Part shown: in pieces, positions 15,983-23,194 of the stretch
Layout: each line of letters starts with the position of its first letter
Position numbering within the stretch: the stretch's first letter is position 1
From: Halogeometricum borinquense DSM 11551
Lineage (GTDB): Archaea > Halobacteriota > Halobacteria > Halobacteriales > Haloferacaceae
Direction: 5' to 3'
Assembly (NCBI RefSeq): GCF_000172995.2
Contig: NC_014732.1
Span: 1 to 32,000, forward strand
Length of the DNA stretch: 32,000 nt
Made by a program: the position numbers and the translations under genes
Notes under the pieces: model-generated
The model's input: the letters and a program-made list of their open reading frames with translations, nothing else
The model's database searches: none
What the model was told of the DNA's origin: nothing

Positions 15983-18577
15983 ATGTCCATGGCAGAACAA
16001 CCTGCAAACAGCCCGAACGACGCGGGCGCTGAAAACACTGAGAACCAATCTGACGACACAAAACTGCTCGGCCGCCGTGACGCCCTGAAACTAGGTGCTG
16101 CGACTGCTGCTGTCGCCGCCGGTGCGGGCGCTGCAACCACAACGGCTACCGCTGCAATCGAACGCGAAGGCGTAACGTTCGACCGCGTGGTGAACGCGGT
16201 CGATGACCTCGGAATGGATCCCAACGGAAACGACCGGATCGACAGCAAACTCGAAGACGCACTCAGTCCGGGCACGCTCATCGAGTTCCCCGCGGGGACG
16301 TACAAGATAGCGAGCAAGCAAGTCCTTGAAGACCGTACGGGCATCGTCGGTATCGCCGACGACCGCTCGAAAGTTCGGTTCGTTCCCCCGCAGGGGAAGG
16401 GCATGCGCTGGATCAACTTCGGTAACGTCGCCGGTGCGGTTCTGAAGAACTTCACCATCGACCGACTGGACGACTATGACACCACGGTCGGGATGGGCGG
16501 GAACATCAAGCGCAACTTCGTCCTGAAGAACGTCGAGTACGACGGCTGGACCCCGACGGGTCCGCAGATGTTCGCGGCGAACGTCACCGACTCCGACGGG
16601 ACGGCAGTCGTAGACGGTCTCTACCGGACTGGTCCGACAGAGTTCCAACACTACCCCAAATCCTCACTAGACATCTGGTCGGGTCGCGGCCACGAAGGCC
16701 ACATGGTGCTGCGGAACATCGAGATTCACAACGGCTCCGAATCCGGAATCTACACCGGAAAGGGGAACGGAACCTACCTCATCGAGGACGGATACTTCAA
16801 GAACGTCGTCCACACGGCAGTTCGCGCCGCCGGCCGCGACTCGACGGTCCGAAACTGTACCATCGTGATGGACACGGAAGACTGGGACCCCCGCAACGAG
16901 AAAGTCGAGTCCACCTACGACGACGGCGAACCCATCCAGCTCAACCGGGCAATCTGGGCGCAGACGAACGACAAGCAGTTCTCCGGTCCCGTCATCGAGG
17001 ACTGTGACATCATCATCAAAAACACCACTTCGACGGCGCTCGCCGGGATCTATGTCAACTTCGATACCGGCGGCGCAAAGATTCGCAACACACGTATCCA
17101 GTGTGACTCCGGTCACGTCATCCCCATCTACGGACAGAGCCCGACCAACGAGGCGGGCGAACCGATCGAGATGGAACTCGACGGCGTGAGCGTCACTGGG
17201 TCCGCGTGGGACAAGGCCGCGATGTACTTCGAGGACCGTCCCAACTCGGTCATCCGCAACTGCTGTATCCAATCATCGAACAACAACGACGGCGTCCTGC
17301 TCGACAACTGTGACGGATCGACCGTCGAGAACACGAACATCAACGTCGGCGGTCGGGCAACGACGTTCAAGAACGGGAGCGTCTCCACCTCGTCCATCAC
17401 GTCGAGCGACAGTTGTCCGCTCCCTTCCCTGCCGAGTTCGACGCCGAGCGACGGCACGCCCTCGACCGGGGACGGATCCGGCGGATCGGACGATTCATCG
17501 AGCTACGACCTCCCGTACCGCTTCAAAGTCGAGAGTACGGGCGGCGGCAAGACGGAGTTCACCGTCTCGACCAGCGGGACGATGAAGCCCGCCTCTGACG
17601 CCGAAGGCGTCGTCGAGAACAACACGGTTTCCGACAGAGTCGGCCCGGAATCCGGCGTCGATAGCTACCTGTACGAAGGCTACGTCACGGACTTCTCGGT
17701 GACCGGCGGCGAGCATGCAAACTACTACATCGAAACGTCCGACGGGTCGAAGTCGGTGCAGGTGTCACCCGAACTCCTCTCGGCGAACAGGTTCGTCGTC
17801 AAGAGTACCGGCGGCGGCGTGGCGTCGTACGACGTGACTGTTGACGGCGAAATCGTCCGCGGAGCGTGCGGACTTGAGGATACGGTTGACGGCCAAACGG
17901 CTTCCGGCCGCGTCGGTCCCGACTCCGGAATAGACGCGTTCCACTACACCGGGAGCATCACCGACCTTACGTTCGACGGTGCCGAGTACGCGACGGTCAC
18001 GGTCAACGGCAAGGAAATCGACCCGAACCAGTACGGTGAGGGCGATTCGACCAGCGACCTGCCGAACTCGCTCACCATTTCCGGAACGGGGACCAATTCG
18101 ACGTACACGGTCACTGTCTCCGAAGATATCGATGTCTCTCCGGACGAGACGGACGACATCTCGGGTAACATCTCGACGAAGAGTGCGGAAGGTGCCGTCA
18201 CCGATGGCGAGGATAAGTACGTCTACGCCGGTGAAATTACGGACTTCACGCTGAACGGGGACGCGAAAGTCTTCGTCAACGGGAACGAAGTTGACCCCGC
18301 GACGCTCGGCAGCAGCAGTCTGCCGAACACGCTCGTCGTCGATGGGACTGGCAGTGACGCCGCGGGAACCTACACGGTCTACGTCTCCGGCGACATCGAG
18401 GCTGCCCCCGACCTGACCGTCGCGGGTGAGAGCAACTCACTCGACAGCGTCGAGGACAAGGTGTTCGACGGGAAAATCGCCGGTGTCGTCAAGACTGGGA
18501 AGGACGGATACCGCTTCTCCGGCGACATCACGAAGATGGAAATCAACGGTGACGCGGTGGTGAACCTCGGGCAGTAA
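15983..18577 (+). CDS. Tat-secreted right-handed beta-helix protein with Ser/Thr/Pro linker and four C-terminal tandem modules; no membrane anchor
   Basis: 'LLGRRDALKLGAATAAVAAGAGA' is a Tat signal without a lipobox Cys. Residues ~61-465 are colinear with the upstream paralog (FDRVVNAVDDL, GTLIEFPAGTYKI, LKNFTI, GRGHEG, RNIEIHNGSESGIY, FKN, IEDCDII, FEDRPNS, LDNCDGSTVENTNINVGG). Linker at 17378-17515. Four repeats run to the C-terminus, which ends ...VVNLGQ. Confidence 0.9.
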   Translation: MSMAEQPANSPNDAGAENTENQSDDTKLLGRRDALKLGAATAAVAAGAGAATTTATAAIEREGVTFDRVVNAVDDLGMDPNGNDRIDSKLEDALSPGTLIEFPAGTYKIASKQVLEDRTGIVGIADDRSKVRFVPPQGKGMRWINFGNVAGAVLKNFTIDRLDDYDTTVGMGGNIKRNFVLKNVEYDGWTPTGPQMFAANVTDSDGTAVVDGLYRTGPTEFQHYPKSSLDIWSGRGHEGHMVLRNIEIHNGSESGIYTGKGNGTYLIEDGYFKNVVHTAVRAAGRDSTVRNCTIVMDTEDWDPRNEKVESTYDDGEPIQLNRAIWAQTNDKQFSGPVIEDCDIIIKNTTSTALAGIYVNFDTGGAKIRNTRIQCDSGHVIPIYGQSPTNEAGEPIEMELDGVSVTGSAWDKAAMYFEDRPNSVIRNCCIQSSNNNDGVLLDNCDGSTVENTNINVGGRATTFKNGSVSTSSITSSDSCPLPSLPSSTPSDGTPSTGDGSGGSDDSSSYDLPYRFKVESTGGGKTEFTVSTSGTMKPASDAEGVVENNTVSDRVGPESGVDSYLYEGYVTDFSVTGGEHANYYIETSDGSKSVQVSPELLSANRFVVKSTGGGVASYDVTVDGEIVRGACGLEDTVDGQTASGRVGPDSGIDAFHYTGSITDLTFDGAEYATVTVNGKEIDPNQYGEGDSTSDLPNSLTISGTGTNSTYTVTVSEDIDVSPDETDDISGNISTKSAEGAVTDGEDKYVYAGEITDFTLNGDAKVFVNGNEVDPATLGSSSLPNTLVVDGTGSDAAGTYTVYVSGDIEAAPDLTVAGESNSLDSVEDKVFDGKIAGVVKTGKDGYRFSGDITKMEINGDAVVNLGQ
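17516..18574 (+). repeat. Four tandem protein-domain repeats (~83-93 aa each) within the secreted beta-helix CDS
   Basis: Modules start at nt 17516, 17786, 18065 and 18326. The opening strand recurs as 'xRF/LxVxS/GTGG..Y.VTV'. The closing motif is 'G.D.Y.Y.G.ITDF/L.x.G', seen as YLYEGYVTDFSVTGG, FHYTGSITDLTFDGA, YVYAGEITDFTLNGD and YRFSGDITKMEINGD. Confidence 0.85.
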
Positions 18578-18691
18578 CACCGCAGCCACGGACACCTACG
18601 CCCTACCCGCGTCGAGTTCCCGCACTCAGTCGGGATGATACGACTGAACTGAGAAACACGTTCGACGCCCCTTCACTATTTTGCGGACGCG

Positions 18692-18937
18692 TTATTCCAT
18701 GTAGCCGAGCGATTTGAGGCGACTCTCGACCTCCCGTTCGTCAACCGATTCGTACTCGTCGTCGCTCGCGTCTTCGACGCGCGCGAGAACCTCTTCGAGG
18801 ACGTAGGCAACGTACTCGTCGGACGTATCGAAGTTCGACCGGGGAAGGCGGCCCTCGATTCGGTCAAGGATGTGGACGGGAAGCGAAACCTCGCGGGTGT
18901 CGCTCTCGGAAAGAGAATCGCTCGTGTTCGTGTTCAT
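18692..18937 (-). CDS. Small acidic protein with putative ribbon-helix-helix (CopG-like) N-terminal half and LGYME C-terminal tail
   Basis: 81 aa from the ATG at 18937 (the track ORF starts at an upstream TTG). 'REVSLPVHILDRIEGRL..SDEYVAYVLEEVLARV' fits a strand-helix-helix pattern. An acidic linker follows, then 'EVESRLKSLGYME'. Divergent from the sulfatase-like gene. Confidence 0.55.
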   Translation of the reverse strand: MNTNTSDSLSESDTREVSLPVHILDRIEGRLPRSNFDTSDEYVAYVLEEVLARVEDASDDEYESVDEREVESRLKSLGYME

Positions 18938-19109
18938 ACTGACCAATGTAGCCGTTCGTTGGAGAACAGCGCGGTTTGTTATAGACCGGCTACGGGTACC
19001 GCGACCGGCAAATCAGTCGAGCAGCGCAACGACACTCACGCCCGGTTGCCAGACGGCCATCACGGGTACACGCGGCATAACAAAACCCCGAAAGCGGGTA
19101 CTGCGATGC

Positions 19110-20345
19110 ATGACTGACATGCGTGATGTCGTCCTCGTCACTATCGACAGCTTCCGCACCGACCGGTGCGGTTTCCTCGGTAGTGACGACGGACTCACAC
19201 CGGCGATGGATCGCCTCGCCGCGGATGGCCTCGTCTTCGAGAACGCCGTCGCACCCGCCGGAGCGACGAGCGGATCCTCCTCGACGTTCTTCACCGGGCG
19301 CTACCCAATCGAGCGTTCGACTGCGGAAGACCGCAAAGCGGTGATGCGACAGAATCTGAAAGCCGGCCGAACGCTGCCCCAGCAGTTCAAAGATATGGGC
19401 TACCGAACTGCCGGATTCACCGCGAATCCGTGGACCTCACGGTTCTTCGGCTATGATGCCGGATTCGACCACTTCGAGGACTTCATGGACGGTGATCTGA
19501 CCAGCGACACCATCGAAAAAGGCGACCGCGGCGGGACCTTCTCAGACCTCACCAGTCAGTTGCTCAACTGGTGGCAGGGACAGGACATGTACATGTCGTG
19601 GGACGCCTACTACGACCAGATACTCGACTGGTTGGACGAAGCGCGGGAGGGCGACGAACCGTTCTTCCTGTGGATATTCTTGGTTGACGTTCACATGCCG
19701 TATCTCCCGCCGAAAGGCTATCGGTCCCAGTCCTCCGCCGCCGCCTACGCCGCCAACGCGTGGTTGTTCGGCGGCGCAAAGCAGAATACTCCGTTGTCGG
19801 GACTACTTCACGACCGACTGCTTCGGGCCTACGACGACACGGTTCGCTTTACCGACGAGTTCGTGGACCGAATCGCGCGAGCGGTAGACGACGACACCGC
19901 CCTCTGCGTTCACGCCGACCACGGCGAGTCGTTCGGCGAGCGCGATGGACACTACGGCCACGGCTCCCTCTACGAGGAGACAGTTCGCGTCCCGCTCTTC
20001 GTGGCTAACCACCCCCAAGACCGAATCAAGCGACCGTTTTCTCTCGCCGGATTGCCAGCTCTCCTGACCCGGTTGGGTCGCGGTGAGACGGTCGACGACT
20101 CTATCGCTCACCCCATCGTCACCAGTCGGAACAACGACGGCTGGCGCGTCGCCCACGGTGGGTCGTGGCGCTACACCCGCCGACCCGAAGGCGAATCGGT
20201 CGAGACAGCCGATGGCGACCCGATAGACGACGAGGAACTGTACGATATCGGACAGTCGGTGATAGACCACGAAATCGAGGCCGAAGAAGAGCGACGGCGT
20301 GTGATCGATGCCGCCGTCGAAGTAACCGAATCCGGGCCGCTCTGA
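19110..20345 (+). CDS. Sulfatase-family (alkaline phosphatase superfamily, PF00884-like) hydrolase/transferase lacking the formylglycine motif; cytoplasmic
   Basis: 'VVLVTIDSFRTDRCG', 'ATSGSSSTFFTGRYP' (Thr in place of the C/S-x-P-x-R Cys), 'FLWIFLVDVHMPY', 'VHADHGESFGE' and 'YEETVRVPLF'. Start is the ATG at 19110 (alternative at 19119). No signal peptide. Confidence 0.85.
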   Translation: MTDMRDVVLVTIDSFRTDRCGFLGSDDGLTPAMDRLAADGLVFENAVAPAGATSGSSSTFFTGRYPIERSTAEDRKAVMRQNLKAGRTLPQQFKDMGYRTAGFTANPWTSRFFGYDAGFDHFEDFMDGDLTSDTIEKGDRGGTFSDLTSQLLNWWQGQDMYMSWDAYYDQILDWLDEAREGDEPFFLWIFLVDVHMPYLPPKGYRSQSSAAAYAANAWLFGGAKQNTPLSGLLHDRLLRAYDDTVRFTDEFVDRIARAVDDDTALCVHADHGESFGERDGHYGHGSLYEETVRVPLFVANHPQDRIKRPFSLAGLPALLTRLGRGETVDDSIAHPIVTSRNNDGWRVAHGGSWRYTRRPEGESVETADGDPIDDEELYDIGQSVIDHEIEAEEERRRVIDAAVEVTESGPL

Positions 20346-20396
20346 GACAGACAGCCGAGACCTCAATGCTCCGGGAGTCGGCTTTCAAACGAATCC

Positions 20397-21395
20397 TCAA
20401 ACGTTCGTTTCGTTCGTGTCAGACCGGAACTTTGTCCGGCCTCGGAAGCGTTCGAGGAAACGCTTTACATGTTGTACGGCTTTGACGGCCCGTTCACCAC
20501 CGAGAGCGACTGCGAGAGCGGGGAACGACTCGGCTTGTGAGGGGTCGTATCGAATACTCCGGAGGAGGAACCGAACAGCGTCGCGGTACTGACCGTTCAC
20601 CAGCGCAGCATGGGCAAGCGAACGCGACTGCGCCGCGACGAGGGCCTTTTCGTGTCGTCTGCCGTACTTGCGGGCCAGCGGTCGGTGTTTCTCCAAGAAC
20701 AGCGGGTACGAAACGTCTCGTTTCTGTTCGTAGTTGTCGCTGATCTGGCCGTGCGAATCGACTCGACGGACGGCGAGGGGTTCCGTAACGGTCTCGAAAG
20801 CGCACACTTCCGAGACCCGCAGGTACCACTCACGGTCCTGCCAACTCGGAAATCGCGTATCTAACAGGCCGACCTCGTCAATGACGGACCGACGCACCAT
20901 CACGGAGGAGAACGGACAGAGCGGTGCGCCGCGGAACAATTCGTGCGTCACCCACCCGCGCGTCTCGGGAACGCGATAGTTCGTCGTCGTTCCGTCGTCG
21001 GCGACGTTTTCCTGTCCGGTGTAGACGAAGCCGACTTCGTCGCTCGCGTTCTCGAACGCCCGTACCTGTTTTTCGACCTTCCGAGGCCGCCAGTAGTCGT
21101 CGTCGTCGAGGAAAGCGACGAACTCGCCGCGTGAGGCTTCGATACCGGTGTTGCGCGCGGCGTTCGCACCACGATTGACCTCGTGTCGGACGACGTGGAC
21201 GCGGTGGAGACTGTCTGTCTCGGCGTCCGCAACGATGGGTTCGATTGGGTCCGGCGAACAGTCGTCAACGACGACGAGTTCGATGGGGGCGTACGTCTGG
21301 TCGTTGACGCTCTCGACCGCGGCGTCGAGATACTCGGGCCGCCCGTACGCCGGAACGACTACCGAAACCAAACCGGACTCCGTGTCGTGACTCAT
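20397..21395 (-). CDS. GT2-family glycosyltransferase
   Basis: 'VSVVVPAYGRPEYLDAAVESVNDQTY..IELVVVDDCSPD', 'NRGANAARNTGIEASRGEFVAFLDDDDYW'. Confidence 0.92.
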   Translation of the reverse strand: MSHDTESGLVSVVVPAYGRPEYLDAAVESVNDQTYAPIELVVVDDCSPDPIEPIVADAETDSLHRVHVVRHEVNRGANAARNTGIEASRGEFVAFLDDDDYWRPRKVEKQVRAFENASDEVGFVYTGQENVADDGTTTNYRVPETRGWVTHELFRGAPLCPFSSVMVRRSVIDEVGLLDTRFPSWQDREWYLRVSEVCAFETVTEPLAVRRVDSHGQISDNYEQKRDVSYPLFLEKHRPLARKYGRRHEKALVAAQSRSLAHAALVNGQYRDAVRFLLRSIRYDPSQAESFPALAVALGGERAVKAVQHVKRFLERFRGRTKFRSDTNETNV

Positions 21396-21581
21396 TGATG
21401 CCGAGTTTGCCTCACGGGGTCTTTGTTCACCGCTTACTAATTATCCGAACCCAGCGCCGAACACGACGAGACGGGCGTCGGTACGGCAGACAGAAGCGGG
21501 CATTACCGGCGGCATAACGATAGGTTCGGGACCGCTCTCGTAGAGACGTATGGAATCTCGCGTGCGTTCGGAGGGTCGGCG

Positions 21582-23096
21582 GTGAGCCGACTCCGTGCCC
21601 TTCTCCGTCGTCTCGTTCCCAGCGGTGGGACTGCAGAACGCGTCGTCAAGAGCGCCATCTGGGCGATGGGACAGAACGCGTTCGGTCGCGTCCTCCAGTT
21701 GGCGATGCTCGTCGTCCTCGCGCGTCTCATCGGCCCGACGCAGATCGGCCTCGTTGGGGTCGCACTACTCGCACTGAGCGGAATTAAGAAGTTCACAAAC
21801 GTCGGATTGGACGCCGCGCTCGTCCAAGACGAAAACGAGGACGTGGACGAACACCTGAACACGGTGTGGATACTCGAAATCGCTCGCGGGGCGATCATCT
21901 CGGGGCTGTTGGTCCTCGCCGCGCCGTTCATCGCACAGATCCTCGGGGACGGCAACATCCAGAGTACGACGACACTGATTCAAGTTATCGCCCTGTCCCC
22001 GCTCCTTCTGGGCTTCAAGAATCCGGGGATGGTCTACTTTCAGAAAAATCTCGACTTCCACAAACGGTTCGTCTACCGAGTCAGCGGCGACGTGGTACAG
22101 GTGATTGTTGCTATCGCGTGGGCACTCGTCAGCCCCACGGCGATGTCGTTAGTCGCGGGGTACGTCGCCGCCGACTTCCTTCGTCTCGTCCTGTCGTACC
22201 TCCTCCACGACTTCCGGCCGAACCTCAGCTTCAGCCGGGAGTCCGCAAACGAACTCATCAACTACGGCAAGTGGATAACCGGGTCGTCGATTCTCTACTT
22301 CCTCTACAGCGAGGGTGACGACGCTTTCGTCGGCGCGTTCATCGGAGCCGCACCGCTGGCGTTCTATCAGTACGCGTACCGCTTTTCGAACGCGCCCGCG
22401 ACCGAGCTGACGAGCGTCATCTCAAGCGTCATGTTTCCGGCGTTCTCGAAACTACAGGATGACACCGAACAACTTCGTAACACGTTCAAGAAAACGCTCC
22501 GCGTGAATGCGTTCATCTCAGCGCCCGTTGCTTTCGGAATCGCTGTCGTCGCGCCGGACTTCGTGATGGTTGCCCTCGGCGAGGAGTGGATGACGATGGT
22601 TCTTCCGATGCAGATACTCGCCATCTACGGGTTCCTTCGCGCTCTCGGGCAGACGTTCGGTCCCATCTGGAAGGCGCTCGGTCGGCCGGATTTACTCACG
22701 AAACTGGGTACGCTCCGTGTCATCCTCATCGCACTCACGATCTATCCGGTGACGGTAACGTGGGGGTACGGCATCGCTGGCACCGCCGCGGTCGTCACGG
22801 CAATCTACGTCTTCCCGATGATGCCAATCGACATCTATCTCACCGCGAAGATGCTCGAAATACACCCGTTCGAAACGGTGCGCGAAATCGGCTTCCCCGT
22901 GCTGGCGAGTGCGATCATGGCGGGAGTGGTCTGGTACATCAACTCGATTGTCCAACTGCCCGCCATCGCAGAGTTAGTCATCGGCATCGTCGTCGGCGCG
23001 GCCACCTACTTCATGGTGGTGGCTCTCCTCGAACGCCAGTTCCGCTGGGGCATCGGCCAGAACATTCAAGGAATCGTCGCAAACGCCCGTCGCTGA
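21582..23096 (+). CDS. Oligosaccharide/polysaccharide flippase (Wzx/RfbX-like, MOP superfamily)
   Basis: 504 aa with GTG start. Multi-TM protein with N-terminal 'KSAIWAMGQNAFGRVLQLAMLVVLARLIGPTQIGLVGVALL', typical of polysaccharide biosynthesis (Wzx) proteins. Confidence 0.88.
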   Translation: MSRLRALLRRLVPSGGTAERVVKSAIWAMGQNAFGRVLQLAMLVVLARLIGPTQIGLVGVALLALSGIKKFTNVGLDAALVQDENEDVDEHLNTVWILEIARGAIISGLLVLAAPFIAQILGDGNIQSTTTLIQVIALSPLLLGFKNPGMVYFQKNLDFHKRFVYRVSGDVVQVIVAIAWALVSPTAMSLVAGYVAADFLRLVLSYLLHDFRPNLSFSRESANELINYGKWITGSSILYFLYSEGDDAFVGAFIGAAPLAFYQYAYRFSNAPATELTSVISSVMFPAFSKLQDDTEQLRNTFKKTLRVNAFISAPVAFGIAVVAPDFVMVALGEEWMTMVLPMQILAIYGFLRALGQTFGPIWKALGRPDLLTKLGTLRVILIALTIYPVTVTWGYGIAGTAAVVTAIYVFPMMPIDIYLTAKMLEIHPFETVREIGFPVLASAIMAGVVWYINSIVQLPAIAELVIGIVVGAATYFMVVALLERQFRWGIGQNIQGIVANARR

Positions 23097-23194
23097 GACG
23101 GCGACAAGCATCGGCTAATCCGACACGTTCGAGAACCGTTCGAGGTTAGTCGCTGACGAATTAATGCACCGGAGTGTCACCCATTCAGTAGCAA

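Noticed and set aside
15983-18577. Secreted repeat protein as the S-layer glycoprotein
   Set aside because: It has a Tat rather than Sec signal and no PGF-CTERM or TM anchor. Its N-terminal 400 aa is an enzyme-like beta-helix paralogous to a lipoprotein.
18627-18646. Hairpin CAGTCG-n8-CGACTG between the convergent beta-helix and RHH genes, as a terminator
   Set aside because: The stem is only 6 bp and no adjacent T-tract follows, so it is indistinguishable from chance.
19110-20345. Annotating the two PF00884-like proteins as genuine (aryl)sulfatases
   Set aside because: Neither has the C/S-x-P-x-R formylglycine motif, since Thr occupies the nucleophile position. Both lack export signals. 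No FGE or anSME-like maturase is seen in the window.
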